A stretch of 64,000 nucleotides of DNA from assembly GCA_030704615.1 (NCBI GenBank), contig CM060732.1, forward strand, positions 56,792,001 through 56,856,000, written 5' to 3'. Both the position numbers and the translations under genes were made by a program. Shown here in pieces: positions 12,541 to 24,800 of this stretch. Position 1 is the first letter of the stretch; every line of letters begins with the position of its first letter. This stretch comes from Takakia lepidozioides. Taxonomy: Eukaryota > Plantae > Bryophyta. Under the pieces are notes generated by a model, which did not search any database, was not told the origin of the DNA, and worked only from the letters and a program-made list of their open reading frames with translations.

Positions 12541-14476
12541 CACAACAACAATCACTTAACGACTCTCACCCTCTTCTACGACTCCCCGCAGGGGTCAACC
12601 TATTAACCACAATCGAACCAAATCAGCTTAAATACGTGCACACCCCGCCCCTCCCCAAATACCTCCGGCACAAGGAACCAACTCTAACCTTCATCCTACA
12701 TGTCCAACACTCCTCCCCCGCCAATATACCAATTCCTTCTTGAGCCAACTGGACCACCTACTAACCCGAACGCACAAAATGAAGGCTTCACCCACCACCC
12801 AAATGTTCACCGCTCACCCACCTCTTCCTATAACGATACATCAATCCCATCTCCCATCATCAAACCAAACAAAGCTTGGGTAAAGGCGAGGTCGCGCCCT
12901 CCCCAGGTCACCCCGCTATTACCACACCTCCTATGCCCTCCATATACCAACAAAACATCCCTCTCAGATACCCCCCATCTAACTCCCACTATACTGACGG
13001 CTCTCTTACCAAACCTAATGCCGGTTATGGCGTATACCACGCCGCCACCAACCGAGGCACTGCCCTGGTCCTGCCACTATATTGCGTGCTGAACTCATGG
13101 CCATATTTGAAGCACTTTCCCTACTAGATGTTCCCACCTCCCCCCCCCCCCCCCCCCATAACTATATCTTTACAGACAGCCTTACCTCACTCTTTCTCAT
13201 CCGGAACCACATTTCCCGCCCCTCCTCCCACCACCATCACCCAGACCGCAACCTCATTACAGCCATTGTCAACCTCGCTATTTCCAAAGGACACCCCGTC
13301 CATCTGCTCAAGGTTCGCTCACACACTGGCATACCGGGTAATGAGGCAGCAGACTTGCTTGCTCAAACAGGCGCCTCTAAACCCCCAGTGGTACCCACAG
13401 ATGACCTTATTCACATTGCTCATACCCACCCTTTCTAGCTCATACACCCTGTCCCAGACCCCCCTGCATCCCGACCTATCCGCAACCTCCGAAAAACCCT
13501 TACCCGCGAAGCTAACAAACAAGCTGCAACATCTATTAGACACACCAAAGTACACATCCAGAAATGGACTCAGTCCACAGTGCTCCATCACAAGCTATCA
13601 AACTGTTTTTGGCACACCAAAGCCACTACTGATGCACAAATTCGACAAACACTCAAATTCAGGTACGCCCAATATATGGGCCACCAGTGTAAACACATCT
13701 TTTGGCGGCATCTCTTTCCATCCCCATACTGCCCCCTATGCTCAAATACCCACCACGAACGTGACACCTGGCCTCGCCTCCTCAGTCAATGTACCCATCT
13801 GATCATTCACGGCCTTCATATCACTCGCCACAATCACACAGTCTGGCACCTCCATAAATTATTTCTAAGCCGTTCTGAAACCAGGTGGTTCTCACTCATT
13901 AACGCCGGTACCTACCAAGGCCGGCCTCCAGACCACACTATACCACCATGGTTGCTCCCCTGTATATGTACCCGAATACCATGCACTTGCCCCGCTAGAC
14001 TCTGTCCGGATATTCTATTGGTTTTAGGCCTACCCATTAACACCCCGCCACCCACCACACCATCCCCACAGTTCATCACCATCCACTTCATTGAATTTAC
14101 ATACTGTCATGATCGATACCCCAATGACTCTATCTTGGAAAAATGGCAGAAATATGCCCCGCTCATCCTTGCAATCCGCAGACAAGGTTGGAACACTGGC
14201 CCACTAACCGTCATCACTGCCGGAACTAGAGGCGGCATTCACAATGCCAATATTGATGCTATACATAACAACTTCAAAATCCCTATCCTCCCTATCCATA
14301 AATGTTTCAAAGCAATCCATCTCATGACGCTTCGTTCCCTCACTGCTATCATCACCAACAAACGCCAACTGGAATCCAGCTCTAATATGGTACCCTAGAT
14401 ACCCAGGGGTACCACTGCCACATCTATTCCTACGGTCACCTGGTGTCCTCCAAGACACATGTATTTCTTATAGGGC

Positions 14477-14566
14477 CCACCCCCGAAAGGGGGCAGTAGC
14501 CGCAAGGTGACGTGACTCTTAGTTACGCCGGCTTCGGCCGGAGTCTTCTCTCTCTCTCTCTCTCTC
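14477..14566 (+). other. Structured 3' end of Dualen B (four hairpins) plus (TC)n tail
   Basis: CCCCC-GAAA-GGGGG (14480-14493); GCC-GCAA-GGT (14499-14508); CGTGACT-CTT-AGTTACG (14511-14527); CCGGC-TTCG-GCCGG (14528-14541); (TC)10 at 14547-14566. Confidence 0.75.
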
Positions 14567-14567
14567 T

Positions 14568-17484
14568 TTGTACGGATAAAAGAAGGAGACGAATAGAAAA
14601 CAACTTTTCGAACAAGGTATGGACATTTTGAATACAGTGTTATGCCTTTCGGTCTTACAAATGTTCCAGCAATTTTCCAATATATGATGAATGACATCTT
14701 TCGAGAATTTTAGATGACTTTGTAGTCATCTATTTGGACGAAATTTTGATATTTTCACAGAATGAAGAAGAATATGGCCGCCATGTACACCTTGTCCTTG
14801 ATAAATTAAGATAAAGATGACTATATGCCAAGTTGGAAAAATGTCTTTTCCATCAATCTGAGGTCGAATTTCTGGGCTACATTATTTCCGACAAAGGCGT
14901 CTTTATGGATCAGAAGAAAATAAAAACCATCATCGAGTGGATTAAACCAACTTCGGTCCGAGATGTACAATGTTTTCTGGGATTTGTAAATTTCTATAGA
15001 ATCTTCATCAATGACTACTCCAAAATTGCTGCACCATTGACACGACTCACAGGGAAGGACAAATTTGTATGGGACGAGAAGGCTGACCAGACATTTGAAA
15101 AGCTGAAGCAGACATTTACAACGGCCCCAATACTGGTACATGCAGACCCATCTAAACCATTATTTTTTGAAGCAGATGCATCGGACTTTGCACTTGACGT
15201 TATACTCTCTCAATATGGTATGGATGGCCGACTTTACCCTGTTGGTTTTCGTTCTCGCAAATTTTTCGCTGTAGAGATCAATTATGAAATCCATGACAAA
15301 GAACTTCTAGTGATCATTGATGCTTTTGAGGAGTGGCATCATTTATTGGAGGGAGCTAAACATCAGGTCACTGTCTACACCGATCACAAAAACCTCGAAT
15401 ATTTTATGAGTGCTCGTGTTTTGAATTGACGTCAAGCAACATGGGGTATGTCACTAGCAAGGTTTGATTTTGTTATTGTCTATCGCCCCAGACATCTTCA
15501 AGGGAAATCCGATGTTCTTTCTTGACGATCGTATCTTGCGCCGAAAAAAAGGGAGGCAGCTTTCGACCAACAGAAATCTATCATCTTGAAACCAGCAAAT
15601 CTCCGATTGAATATGCTATCCATGTCCACCTATGACGATGCAAAGATCATAAAGGAGATTCAGGAAGTACTGAAGAGCGACCAATTTGCTACGACATTAT
15701 GAAGTCAACTAAATCGACCTCGAGACAACCCACATGTTACAAACAACTTCGAATTCAAAGATGACTTACTTTATTTCAAGGGACTTCTCTATGTATCTCC
15801 AGGACCTATACGACTGCGAATTCTTCAAACATGTCCTGATCTTTCGGCTGCAGGACATTTCGGCTTCAACAAAACAATGGAATTGATATCCAAGGACTCA
15901 ATCTCTCTACCGCTAATCATCCACAGACTGATGGTCAAACCGAACGATTTTGGAGCAGTATCTTCGTTGTACGATAAATTATCACCACGATAATTGGACG
16001 AACATTCTGTCATTGGCTGAGTTTGCCTACAACAACACTATATATTCTTCGACCAAACAAACTCCATTTTTCTCCAATTATGGTCATTATCTTCGAGCAA
16101 ACCCTTTCCACATGAAGACTGTTGAAAATCCTGCAGTAGAAAAAAGAATGATGAATACTGAGATGATCAATCGTGAAGCTAACCCCGGCGATCGGGGGAA
16201 TCTGATGGTGCCAAAACCTTGCTACTCATCTGCTACGATTCACAATGAGCTTACATTCCACCTCGCAGAAGCTCAAAAACAATACAAGGAGTATGCAGAT
16301 CAACATCGCGAACTCCAACCCCAGTTCAAGGTCGGAGATCGTGTGTGGCTTCTTCGACGGGACATACAAACCTCGCGACCATCAAGGAAGTTGGATTATC
16401 CACGCCTGGGACCATTCAAAATTATTTGACAAATAAATCCGGTCAGTTTTCGGCTTGAACTCCCACGAAGTATGCGCATCTATGCAGTCTTTCATGTTTC
16501 ATTATTGGAGTTGTATCATCCATCGAATATTCTAGGGAGAGTTTCCATATCACCTCCACCAATCGAAGTTAATCGGGAAATCGAGTATGAAGTCGACGAA
16601 GTCCTAGACTCTCGCATCAATTATAAACGTCTTGAGTATTTCGTATATTAGAAAGGCTACGACATCAGCGAACGAACGTTGAAACCTTCATCCAACCTTG
16701 CTAATGCATCTGACAAAGTCCAAGAGTTTCATCAACGATATCCAGCTAAGCCCCGAGCTACACGTTAATAAGACGTCACAATGATGATGTTAGCCAAGTT
16801 AGTTTCAAGGTGAAGACTCCACATTTAGTGTATCTGATACACACTAAGGAGGAAGGTTCTCCAACTCTAAGCAAGTCCAAGATTTTGCCGCTCCTCGAGG
16901 AACTCGACGCTAGAGGAGGGGGTGATGTCACGGACATAGCCCAGAGGAACTTACCAGGAGTAAATACCAGAAGTTACCAAGTTATCAAGTTATCAAAAAT
17001 TACCGTGATCTATCACAAGTTACCATAAGTTACCAAGTTACCGGGAGGTTACCAATTTACCAAGAGTAACTTAGGAAACTGCTCAGAAAACTTCTTTTGG
17101 ATGAAACTTCTCGATCAAGAAACCTCATTTGGGAAAGCCTTTTAGGGAACCTCCTAGTAGCCAGTATATATAGGTGGCGAGACTGGACACTCCTTAGTCT
17201 CGCCAACACAAGTTCAAGCTACTCTTGTTCCTAGTCCCAGTACTCCAGTCCAGTTCCCAGTACTCTAGCCTAGTTTCCAGTATCTGGTACTCCAGTCCAG
17301 TTTCCAGCATTCCAGTATTCAAGTCGTGTTCCAATATCTTGTACTCTTGTTCATTGTTATAAAGATCGTCTTGATTCCTATTTACTCATCATGCATTCGG
17401 CCACGCCGACCTTGACTTCTTGTCTAGTCTTGTACATCTAGTTTGATCTCTTGTTTGTGTTCAATCATGTTCTTGTCATTGACA
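14568..17484 (+). mobile_element. Ty3/gypsy chromovirus 3' part (RT, RNase H, deleted integrase, chromodomain, PPT, 3' LTR), decayed
   Basis: [34 protein letters not shown]; EADASDFAL..YEIHDKELL..VYTDHKNL; integrase core deleted at ~15895; GDRVWL; EYEVDEVLDSR..chromodomain; PPT AGAGGAGGGGGTGA 16912-16925. Confidence 0.9.
16926..17484 (+). repeat. LTR (559 bp, TGTCA...TGACA)
   Basis: 5-bp terminal inverted repeat, preceded by PPT, with TATATATA box; homologous to 18096-18675, 43196-43841 and 57440-57795. Confidence 0.9.
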
Positions 17485-17493
17485 AATAAAACT

Positions 17494-18675
17494 AGGTCGG
17501 AGATCGGAGATCGTGTATGGCTTCTTCAACGGGACATACAAACCTCGCGACCATTAATGAAATTGGATTATCAACGCCTGGGACCATTCAAAATTATTCG
17601 ACAAATAAATCCGGTCAGTTTTCGGCTTGAACTCCCACGAAGTATGTGCATCTATGCAGTTTTTCATGTTTCATTATTGGAGTTGTATCATCCATCGAAT
17701 ATTCCAGGGATAGTCTCCGTACCACCTCCACCAATCGAAGTCAATCAGGAAATCGAGTATGAAGTCGACGAAGTCATAGACTCTCGCATCAAGTATAAAT
17801 GTCTTGACTATTTCGTACATTGGAAAGGCTACGACATCAGCGAACGAACGTCGGAACCTTCATCCAACTTTGCCAATGCATCTGACAAAGTCCAAGAGTT
17901 TCATCAACGATATTCAGCTAAGCCCCGAGCTACACGTCAATAAGACGTCATACCGATGATGTTAGCCAAGTTAGCTTCAAGGTGAAACTCCACATTCAGT
18001 GTATCTGATACACACTAAGGAGGAAGGTTTTCCAACTCGAAGCAAGTCCAAGATTTTACCGCTCCTCGAGGAACTCGGCGCTAGAGGAGGGGTGATGTCA
18101 CGGACATAGCCCAGAAGAACTTACCATGAGTAAATACCAGAAGTTACCAAGTTATCATGTTACCAAAAGTTACCGTGATCTACCATGATCTACCATGATC
18201 TATCATAAATTATCATTGATTACCAAATTATCGGAAGTTTACCAAATTACCGAGAGTAACTTAGGAAACTGCTCAGGAAGCTTCTTTTGGAGGAAACTTC
18301 TACATCAAGAAACCTCATTTGGGGAAGCCTCTTAGGGAACCTCCTAGTAGCCAGTATATATAGGAGGCGAGACTGGATACTCTTCAGTCTCGCCAACACA
18401 AGTTCAAGCTACTTTTGTTTCCAGTCCCAGTACTCTAGTCCAGCTTCCTGTACTCTAGAACAGTTTCCAGTATCTAGTACTCCAGTCCAATTTCCAACAT
18501 TTTAGTATCCAAGTCAAGTTCCAGTACCTTGTACTCTTGTCCATTGTTATAAAAGATCATCTTGATTCATGTATACCCATCATGCATTTGGCCACGCCGA
18601 CCTTGACTTCTTGTCTAGTCTTGTACCTCTAGTCTGATCTCTTGTTTGTGTTCAGTCATGCTCTCATCCTTGACA
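17494..18675 (+). mobile_element. Tandem second copy of the chromovirus 3' end (integrase C-terminus/chromodomain, PPT, LTR 18096-18675)
   Basis: Repeats ~16329-17484 with divergence. ORF 17443-17943 contains GDRVWLL..EYEVDEVIDSR..YFVHWKGY. LTR TGTCA(18096)...TGACA(18675). Confidence 0.9.
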
Positions 18676-19098
18676 ATTGTAACTACTGCCGGCTGCTCGT
18701 AATGTAGAGCAATCCCACAACACAACGGCTCCCTGCACATTAAACGACAACTTGCACACAATACACAGACAATGAACCAAGCGCGTGAAGCCAGGAGAGC
18801 AAAAACAAACCGCGGGAAAACCAAGTGCATAGAAAAACTCTTGGCCACCACTGACCCCTTCTTGCTCAAACCTGATTTTCTTACCCTAATTTCGGAGTCA
18901 GGCTAATCCCTCCCGGATTTGGGCCCTACGCTTGGAGGGTATCTCATGGGTAGTTTTCTTTTGCAAAAATCGAGTAAGGTCTGCGATCAGCAGAGCTGCC
19001 GACATAAAGGTGATAACCTAAAATGGGCCCATCGGGCATTTAAGGGCTATAGAACCTTCATGTTCTTTCCAATCATTTAATGTAGAAATTGCCCCAAA

Positions 19099-19265
19099 TG
19101 TAGACAATCAGCATGTAGCCTAGTGGTAATGGGCACATATGTGGTTGTGGGTTCAAACCACGGTCTGGTGTGTCATAAAGGTGTCCACCTTTCAGCTGGA
19201 AGGCAGTAGCCCTTGTGGTGAAGTGACACCATAAGTTACGCTCCCTTCGAGAGGCATTAGACTTT
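19099..19265 (+). mobile_element. tRNA-derived SINE with Dualen-like 3' tail
   Basis: Pol III box A TAGCCTAGTGG (19116-19126) and box B GGTTCAAACC (19150-19159); perfect 16-bp TSD TAGAAATTGCCCCAAA (19083-19098 and 19266-19281); ends in TTT; 3' half aligns to 14477-14541. Confidence 0.85.
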
Positions 19266-20272
19266 TAGAAATTGCCCCAAAAACAATACCTTCATTCTCT
19301 CTTTCTCTGTTCTTTTGACTTCTTTTTTTCCAGCCCTCTTTAAAATGAGACCCGTGGGAGACTCAATTGTCCTCACATAAGTCTTCCATTATGATGATCA
19401 AAAATTTCAATGAGAGCAAATAAGATAAGAGGAAATACAAGTCATTGTCTTCCCTTGCCAGGAGAGAAGATCGGTCTGCCACGGCTGATAGACTTAGGGC
19501 CAACTTCCATGTCTCCGCCATCGGCCAAGATTGCACTAGATGACAAAAATGATACCCAGCTTCCATGTGTTAAATTTCGCCGCCGCCCCGATATCGGTGA
19601 CCGACATCGGTGCGCGCAATATCTGGGAATTTGGCGCCAAAGTTCATGGCCGATATCGGTAATTGCTTTTGACCTGCTGTATTGGGTGACGAGCGTCTCT
19701 TCTACCTGTTGTGAAGGTCACTTTGTGCACATTTGCTTGCCATGCCACACTCTTTGCTTGGGGGACCCACCGTTTCCCAAGTGACCGGTTCAATTGGTCC
19801 GGGTGCCTTGGCCATCGAGGCAGACCTACTCCCGGATTGCTTTCGAACCCTATGCACATAAAAGTAACCATCCAGTCGGCCATGCTCCGGTTAACTGTGG
19901 ATAACTTGGCCGGGACGGCCGGGACATGGAAGTTGGCCCTTATACTCAAGCATGCATCAAACTTCATCCAGGGATTTCATTCATTTATAGATATGGATGA
20001 AATATTCCTGTTATACCTGTCTTGATCTAATTCGAAATGTAATCGCAAGTATTGGTGCTAAGCATCAAAACCCTTTGCATAGTCCCCCTTACAAAGGCAA
20101 GGCCAACAAACCAAATTAAAACAAAAGCAAAAAGAGAAAGCCCAATTTGTATTTGTGTTTTTTGAGGGCCTCACAATTCAGGCCCTTACAAGAGTGGAGG
20201 AATATTTAATCCCCTTCAGTATCAGCCATTCAAGAATACACTATGAAACCAGACAATACCAACGCCCGACAA

Positions 20273-20340
20273 GGTAGCAGGGATTTGAGCCCATAATCAC
20301 CTGGATGGCATACAGCCCGCATCCAATAGCCTAACGCCTG
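20273..20340 (-). pseudogene. Degenerate tRNA-like / SINE head remnant
   Basis: Minus strand TAGGCTATTGG (box A-like) and GGGCTCAAATCCC (box B/T-arm-like) at tRNA-like spacing; no good cloverleaf. Confidence 0.3.
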
Positions 20341-21075
20341 GTGTTAAATTTTCCCTTTAAAGAACGGAAGTAAATAATCGACGCGCAACTACAGATCAAC
20401 ACGTTTCGTGAGAAAGTGCAGCCACGTCGACTACAGTGTGTACACTGCGTCAGCAGCTCGGCATGGCCTTGCTTGCTGGCTCCCTTGGCTGCAACGATGC
20501 TCGATCGTGTCAAGCTGTAGCACACTGTAATCGGGTAGTCCATTGATCTGTGTACCTTCTTGGGTTTTCCTTCTCTTTTAAGTAATTTGCGTGCGCAACT
20601 TCTGGGGGGATCGATTCCCTGGGATTGAGAGGGAAGATTCATTCATTGAATTACAGAGTTGAAGGTGTCGATTTGTTTTTTTTTCCTAGTCTCAAGTGAG
20701 GGTTCCCAGTAGAAATGTGTGTCTGGATCTAACTTAGTCTCTCTATCAGTGTGTTAGATTCTGTTTCTCCGTGGAGCTAACAAACTCTTCTGCTTTATTC
20801 TTTCTCCCTCGGGGGTGTTTGTACCGTCTACTGAAAGTAGGATTGTTGCAATTGAGATCGATCGAGTATATGTGGTCTCTTAGCTATCCCCTCGCAGAGT
20901 TTCCGGTTGATGCCTTCACGACAAAGGTAAAGCAGTTCGAGGAATACTAGTGTTATATCCTTTTGGGATTCACTGTGTATTTCCCATCTCTCGTGTATAA
21001 AACACAGACACCCTCGCACATAGAGGGTCACAGCGAAAGAGATCTAGATACATATCTATTAGTTAGACAGTGAAG

Positions 21076-23342
21076 ATGGAGGACGAGACAGGTGCGCAGC
21101 GTCCTTCCCCACCTCCCGCTCCAAGGAAGTATGAGCCACCGGTACATTTTGCAGATGTGGGGAAGCATGCCAAGAATTTGGTCCACATGGGGTTTGTGAA
21201 GGGTCACATGCTGATGGTGTCGTGCCTGGGGCCTCGCGGTTCCATTCTGTCAACGACCGCCAGCATAATTGGTGGGATTACAGTAGGGATGTTTTCCGCC
21301 ACCTTCCAGGAAGGGAGGATCAAGAATGAGCTAACTTTCAACACTGCTACTAGTCAGGTCTCCCTCACTCTCTCTACCCCAGCGGATGGCATAAACTTCT
21401 TTACTTGTTCTTTCGAACTCTCTTGTTCTGCAGGAAGTGTCTGTGCCCGCGCGTTCACCAACACGTGTTGTCTCACTTGCAATCCCCATCAGTCATAAGT
21501 AACAATAAACCTGTTGGAGTTGACACACAATCCAGTAAAATGTCAATCCGAGGCCTCACATATGACACCATTCACACCACCTCCAACCACATATAGGTCG
21601 GTTTTGAGCGAAGGCAATGGCATTAATCTCCGGCTGACTTTCGTGCCCTGGAACGATGGGCTCTCGGAGGAATGCACCATATTTCGTGGTGCATGTATGC
21701 CTTTTTTAGTCTTGAGTCTTTAGGTTACAGATGCTCGACAGGCTGCAATATGTGTTTTTCGAGCTAATCTATATCCACGGAATGTTGGGAGACACTTTGT
21801 TCCCCCCACACTTTGTTCCCCCCCAACCGCCTCCTTCTTTCCTGCTCTTGATCCTTCTTGCCCGTCTTCTGTCGCTTAAGTTTAAGTGGCTCTCTTCTTT
21901 GCAGATACTTTCATCAACGACATGCACTAATTTGGGCGTTCCAGGCTTGACGGCAGGTCTGGAAACTGTGATTCCCGGTGCAGTGCACCAGGGGAAGACT
22001 CAGGTTTGTGTGCCTAGATCTTTTCCTTATTGATTTTCTTTACACCATTACTTCAGAGATTGTCTGTTTTGGAGTCAGGGAGGAAAATTGCCTACTTCAA
22101 TGGAAAGTGAAATGCAGACAATCACTTTCAGTGGAGACAGACACAAGTTCTCCCAGAGATGAGATGGAGTGGCAGGGCAAGGATAAGTATATAGATGCAA
22201 TCCTGACATTCTTTTGACCTCTAACCTTGGGCTTGAACACGTCATTCATTTGAGACAGGATATGATCAAGTGCAAAGGATGGGACTGTGAACGCCTAGTC
22301 TTTTTCAATTCCACTTTTCTAACTTATACCTTGACATGGGTGTCTATGTACCCCACAGGTGACCTACCAGCGTGAACTTGCTACCATTGGTGCAAAGATA
22401 CATGGCTTAAAAACAACTCCTGATCTTGAATTCTCCGTGAATGTGGGCTCTAAGTATTTATCTGCTGGGGGAAGTGTAATGTACAGCTCATCTTCAAACA
22501 GTATCACTAATGCTAAAACTGGTAAGTTGTCAAATCTCTCTTTCTTTCTGCACGGAGTCGCTGGCAGCTCTTTGAGATCTCCGCAGACCTAAAACTTCTA
22601 TCATTTCATTTCATTTCTGCACGAAGTGGTATTGCTGGATAGATGCAGCTGGGCTTCAGGCCAGGCTTTAAATTTGAATCAATCTGACCCTGCCAATTAG
22701 ATTGTCGTCATGTGTGCATTAATGATTACACCAGGATGAGTTCATAGTTTGGTGGGGGAGACCTCATTAAGTACCTCCCTTTCTGTCGCTCGCCCACACA
22801 CAGCCATGAATGAATGGCGTTTCTATCAAGATAACTTTCTTATGTCATATCATGCCGAATATACCACGTACTGAGGCCTGATTGGTCTTTTCACGAAGAA
22901 GATCGAGTTGCTTAACATGTGCATGAGTGCTGCTTAGGGATTTTTTATAGTCTTGACTCTGCTTCATTGACATTGATGCCCAGGTTTTAGCTACGCAACA
23001 GAGGATTTTACAACTACTTTTCTACTCGACCCAGTAGTTGACAAATGCTTCGATGCCTACTTCACTCGGGTTGTGTCCCCTGAAGCTGAAGTTGGATCCC
23101 ATGTTACCCACCAGATGGAAAAAGGACTGACCTCGGCCACAGTTTCGGGACAATATCTCTGGGATAAACAAACTATCATCAAGGCACGAATGGATGACCG
23201 TGGTATGTTGGCCACTTTGCTTCAGTACTCTCCCAACCCACTTGTCACATTTGGTCTCCTTACCGAGTTTAATGGAAGAGACTTGAGCCAGAAGCCCAAC
23301 ATTGGATTAAGCCTATCAGTGCTGGCTGCTGCACCAATATAA
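21076..23342 (+). CDS. VDAC: Mitochondrial porin / voltage-dependent anion channel family protein, divergent. Exons 21076-21357, 21905-22003, 22359-22521, 22984-23342; ~300 aa
   Basis: PVHFADVGKHAKNL N-terminal helix; alternating beta-strand pattern; QTIIKARMDDRGMLATLLQY...NIGLSL C-terminus. All introns are GT-AG with compatible phases (903 nt total). Confidence 0.85.
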
Positions 23343-24554
23343 GATGGGCTGCATGTCTTCCTTCCAGTATGCGGGTCTAAAGTGCCAGGTGGGTGGCTGC
23401 CTTAAGAAGAGGTGTAAGAGTTTGATGATAGAGATCATCTTCAAATTGATGAAACAATGTGGAGAACGAATCATGGGAGGATATCATCTCTTCCTCAAGG
23501 GAATAACTAGAGTTCACAATGAATGAAACCGGTTAGTTTTTTGGCACATACTACAACTTGACACTCTTGTGAAGACTTGGGCCTCAGTGTGTATATAAAT
23601 TTTGGTAGGTTCAATCTGAGTCGTGGAATTGGATGTACTGGAACTGATCACAATGGTGCTTTCCATGGCAAAGTGTCTTCCGAACCTTCACATGTTTTCA
23701 ATGACAGCTGCTTTGTCACTCATTTACTTCTCATCTCTATAAGAGAATGTCGCATCCATGTGTCTGCAGAGTGTCCTGCTTATGTTCGCAAATTACGAAT
23801 TAGAGATAAGTATGCTTTGGATTTTCTTGTCTCAATTCTAACCTCGGTACTGTTGCTACACTGTTGATGTTCTCTCAATGCTTTACAACCTGTGGCTCTT
23901 CTAATTAATCATCTCTCCTATTACACTCATAAGTGCATTAGAGGAAACTTCAATTCCCCAAATGAATGACAGAATCATGAATGGTGACAGAATCAACTTC
24001 AGCAAAATAGACAAATGAAATGGTACTTAATAAGGGCCAGGGAAAGCTCAAAGAGCCTATGGGACGAGGCGTGAACCAAGAAAGAGAGAGGCCCCCAACA
24101 AGCTGGCTGGAGACAACTATTGATCAAGGATTCTGCAATCTCCAAGAGTGCACGCCTCTTTCAGATATGCTGCTAAGCATTTCTGATCCTCAGAAAACCT
24201 CTGTGAGAGATTGGCTATTTCTGAATAGACAAATAGTGTCTCCCGAGTCCCACGTATCTCGTGGTAGCGAAAGCAGAAATGTTCTTCACTTTCGAATTCC
24301 CTACTGTTATCTTGGGAGCGGTCCTCACGCTGTCGGTTGTCCCACCTATCTGCAGACTGCGGATTAGAAGAGAGGGAGATACAGCTAGTTGGGCTGCAAG
24401 ATGGTTCCCAGATTCGCCTCACGTGAATTTCTATAAGCTCCAGCCTGATGCATCTATTGCGGTCATAGTTGGAAGAGTGAAAATGTGGTCAAGAGCGGGT
24501 GGTTTGTGGCGGAAGCTTGCCTGTCAGCGGCTCGAAGCTGAGAGGATACACCAA

Positions 24555-24800
24555 TCATCCAGTTCCATGGCTACCCCAAACAGTTTAGCTAGCACTGAAG
24601 AGACCATAATTGTGCGATAATCGTTCGGATCGAGCTCGTCGGCATTCTTGGAATGTGGATAATGCTTTTTGTCCATTCTGCTGGAAAACGACGCTGCACT
24701 ACATACTTCCTTTGAAGAGGTGCAATAAATGGGTCCAAAGTCGTTGTCGCATTCGCTCTGCAATTCCGACAGCTCCACCGCTCTGCCAATATGTAATGGA
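24555..24800 (-). pseudogene. Short non-LTR RT N-terminal fragment
   Basis: FPAEWTKSII / KNADELDPNDYRTIMVSSVLAKLFG (RT domains 1-2), frameshifted. Confidence 0.6.

Larger units (their letters stand above)
6142..14566 (+). mobile_element. Dualen/RandI-type non-LTR retrotransposon, copy B (near full-length, decayed)
   Basis: C-rich 5' region; GDIHPNPGP; APE (ITTWNV ~8995, ILAGD, SDH ~9410); RT (NYRPIAL, QEGFR, YIDFKNAF, AYADDL, YTYLGI; ~10410-11360); chromodomain-like; MTase-like; RNase H (YTDGSL, RAELMAI, FTDSL, KVRSHTGIPGNEAAD; ~12990-13370); CPLC Zn finger, RHN, PDILLV..IEFTYC..KY restriction-like endonuclease (13580-14398); structured 3' UTR and (TC)n tail. APE plus RLE is diagnostic of Dualen. 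Confidence 0.9.

Noticed and set aside
14470-14545. Known self-cleaving ribozyme
   Set aside because: No hammerhead CUGANGA/GAAA core or HDV-like nested pseudoknot recognisable; treated as a LINE 3' recognition structure.
19105-19170. Functional tRNA gene
   Set aside because: Has A/B boxes but no proper anticodon arm or acceptor stem; lies within a TSD-flanked SINE.
19575-19660. Repeated CCGATATCGG palindromes suggesting a hAT/MITE end
   Set aside because: No TIR pair or TSD could be identified.
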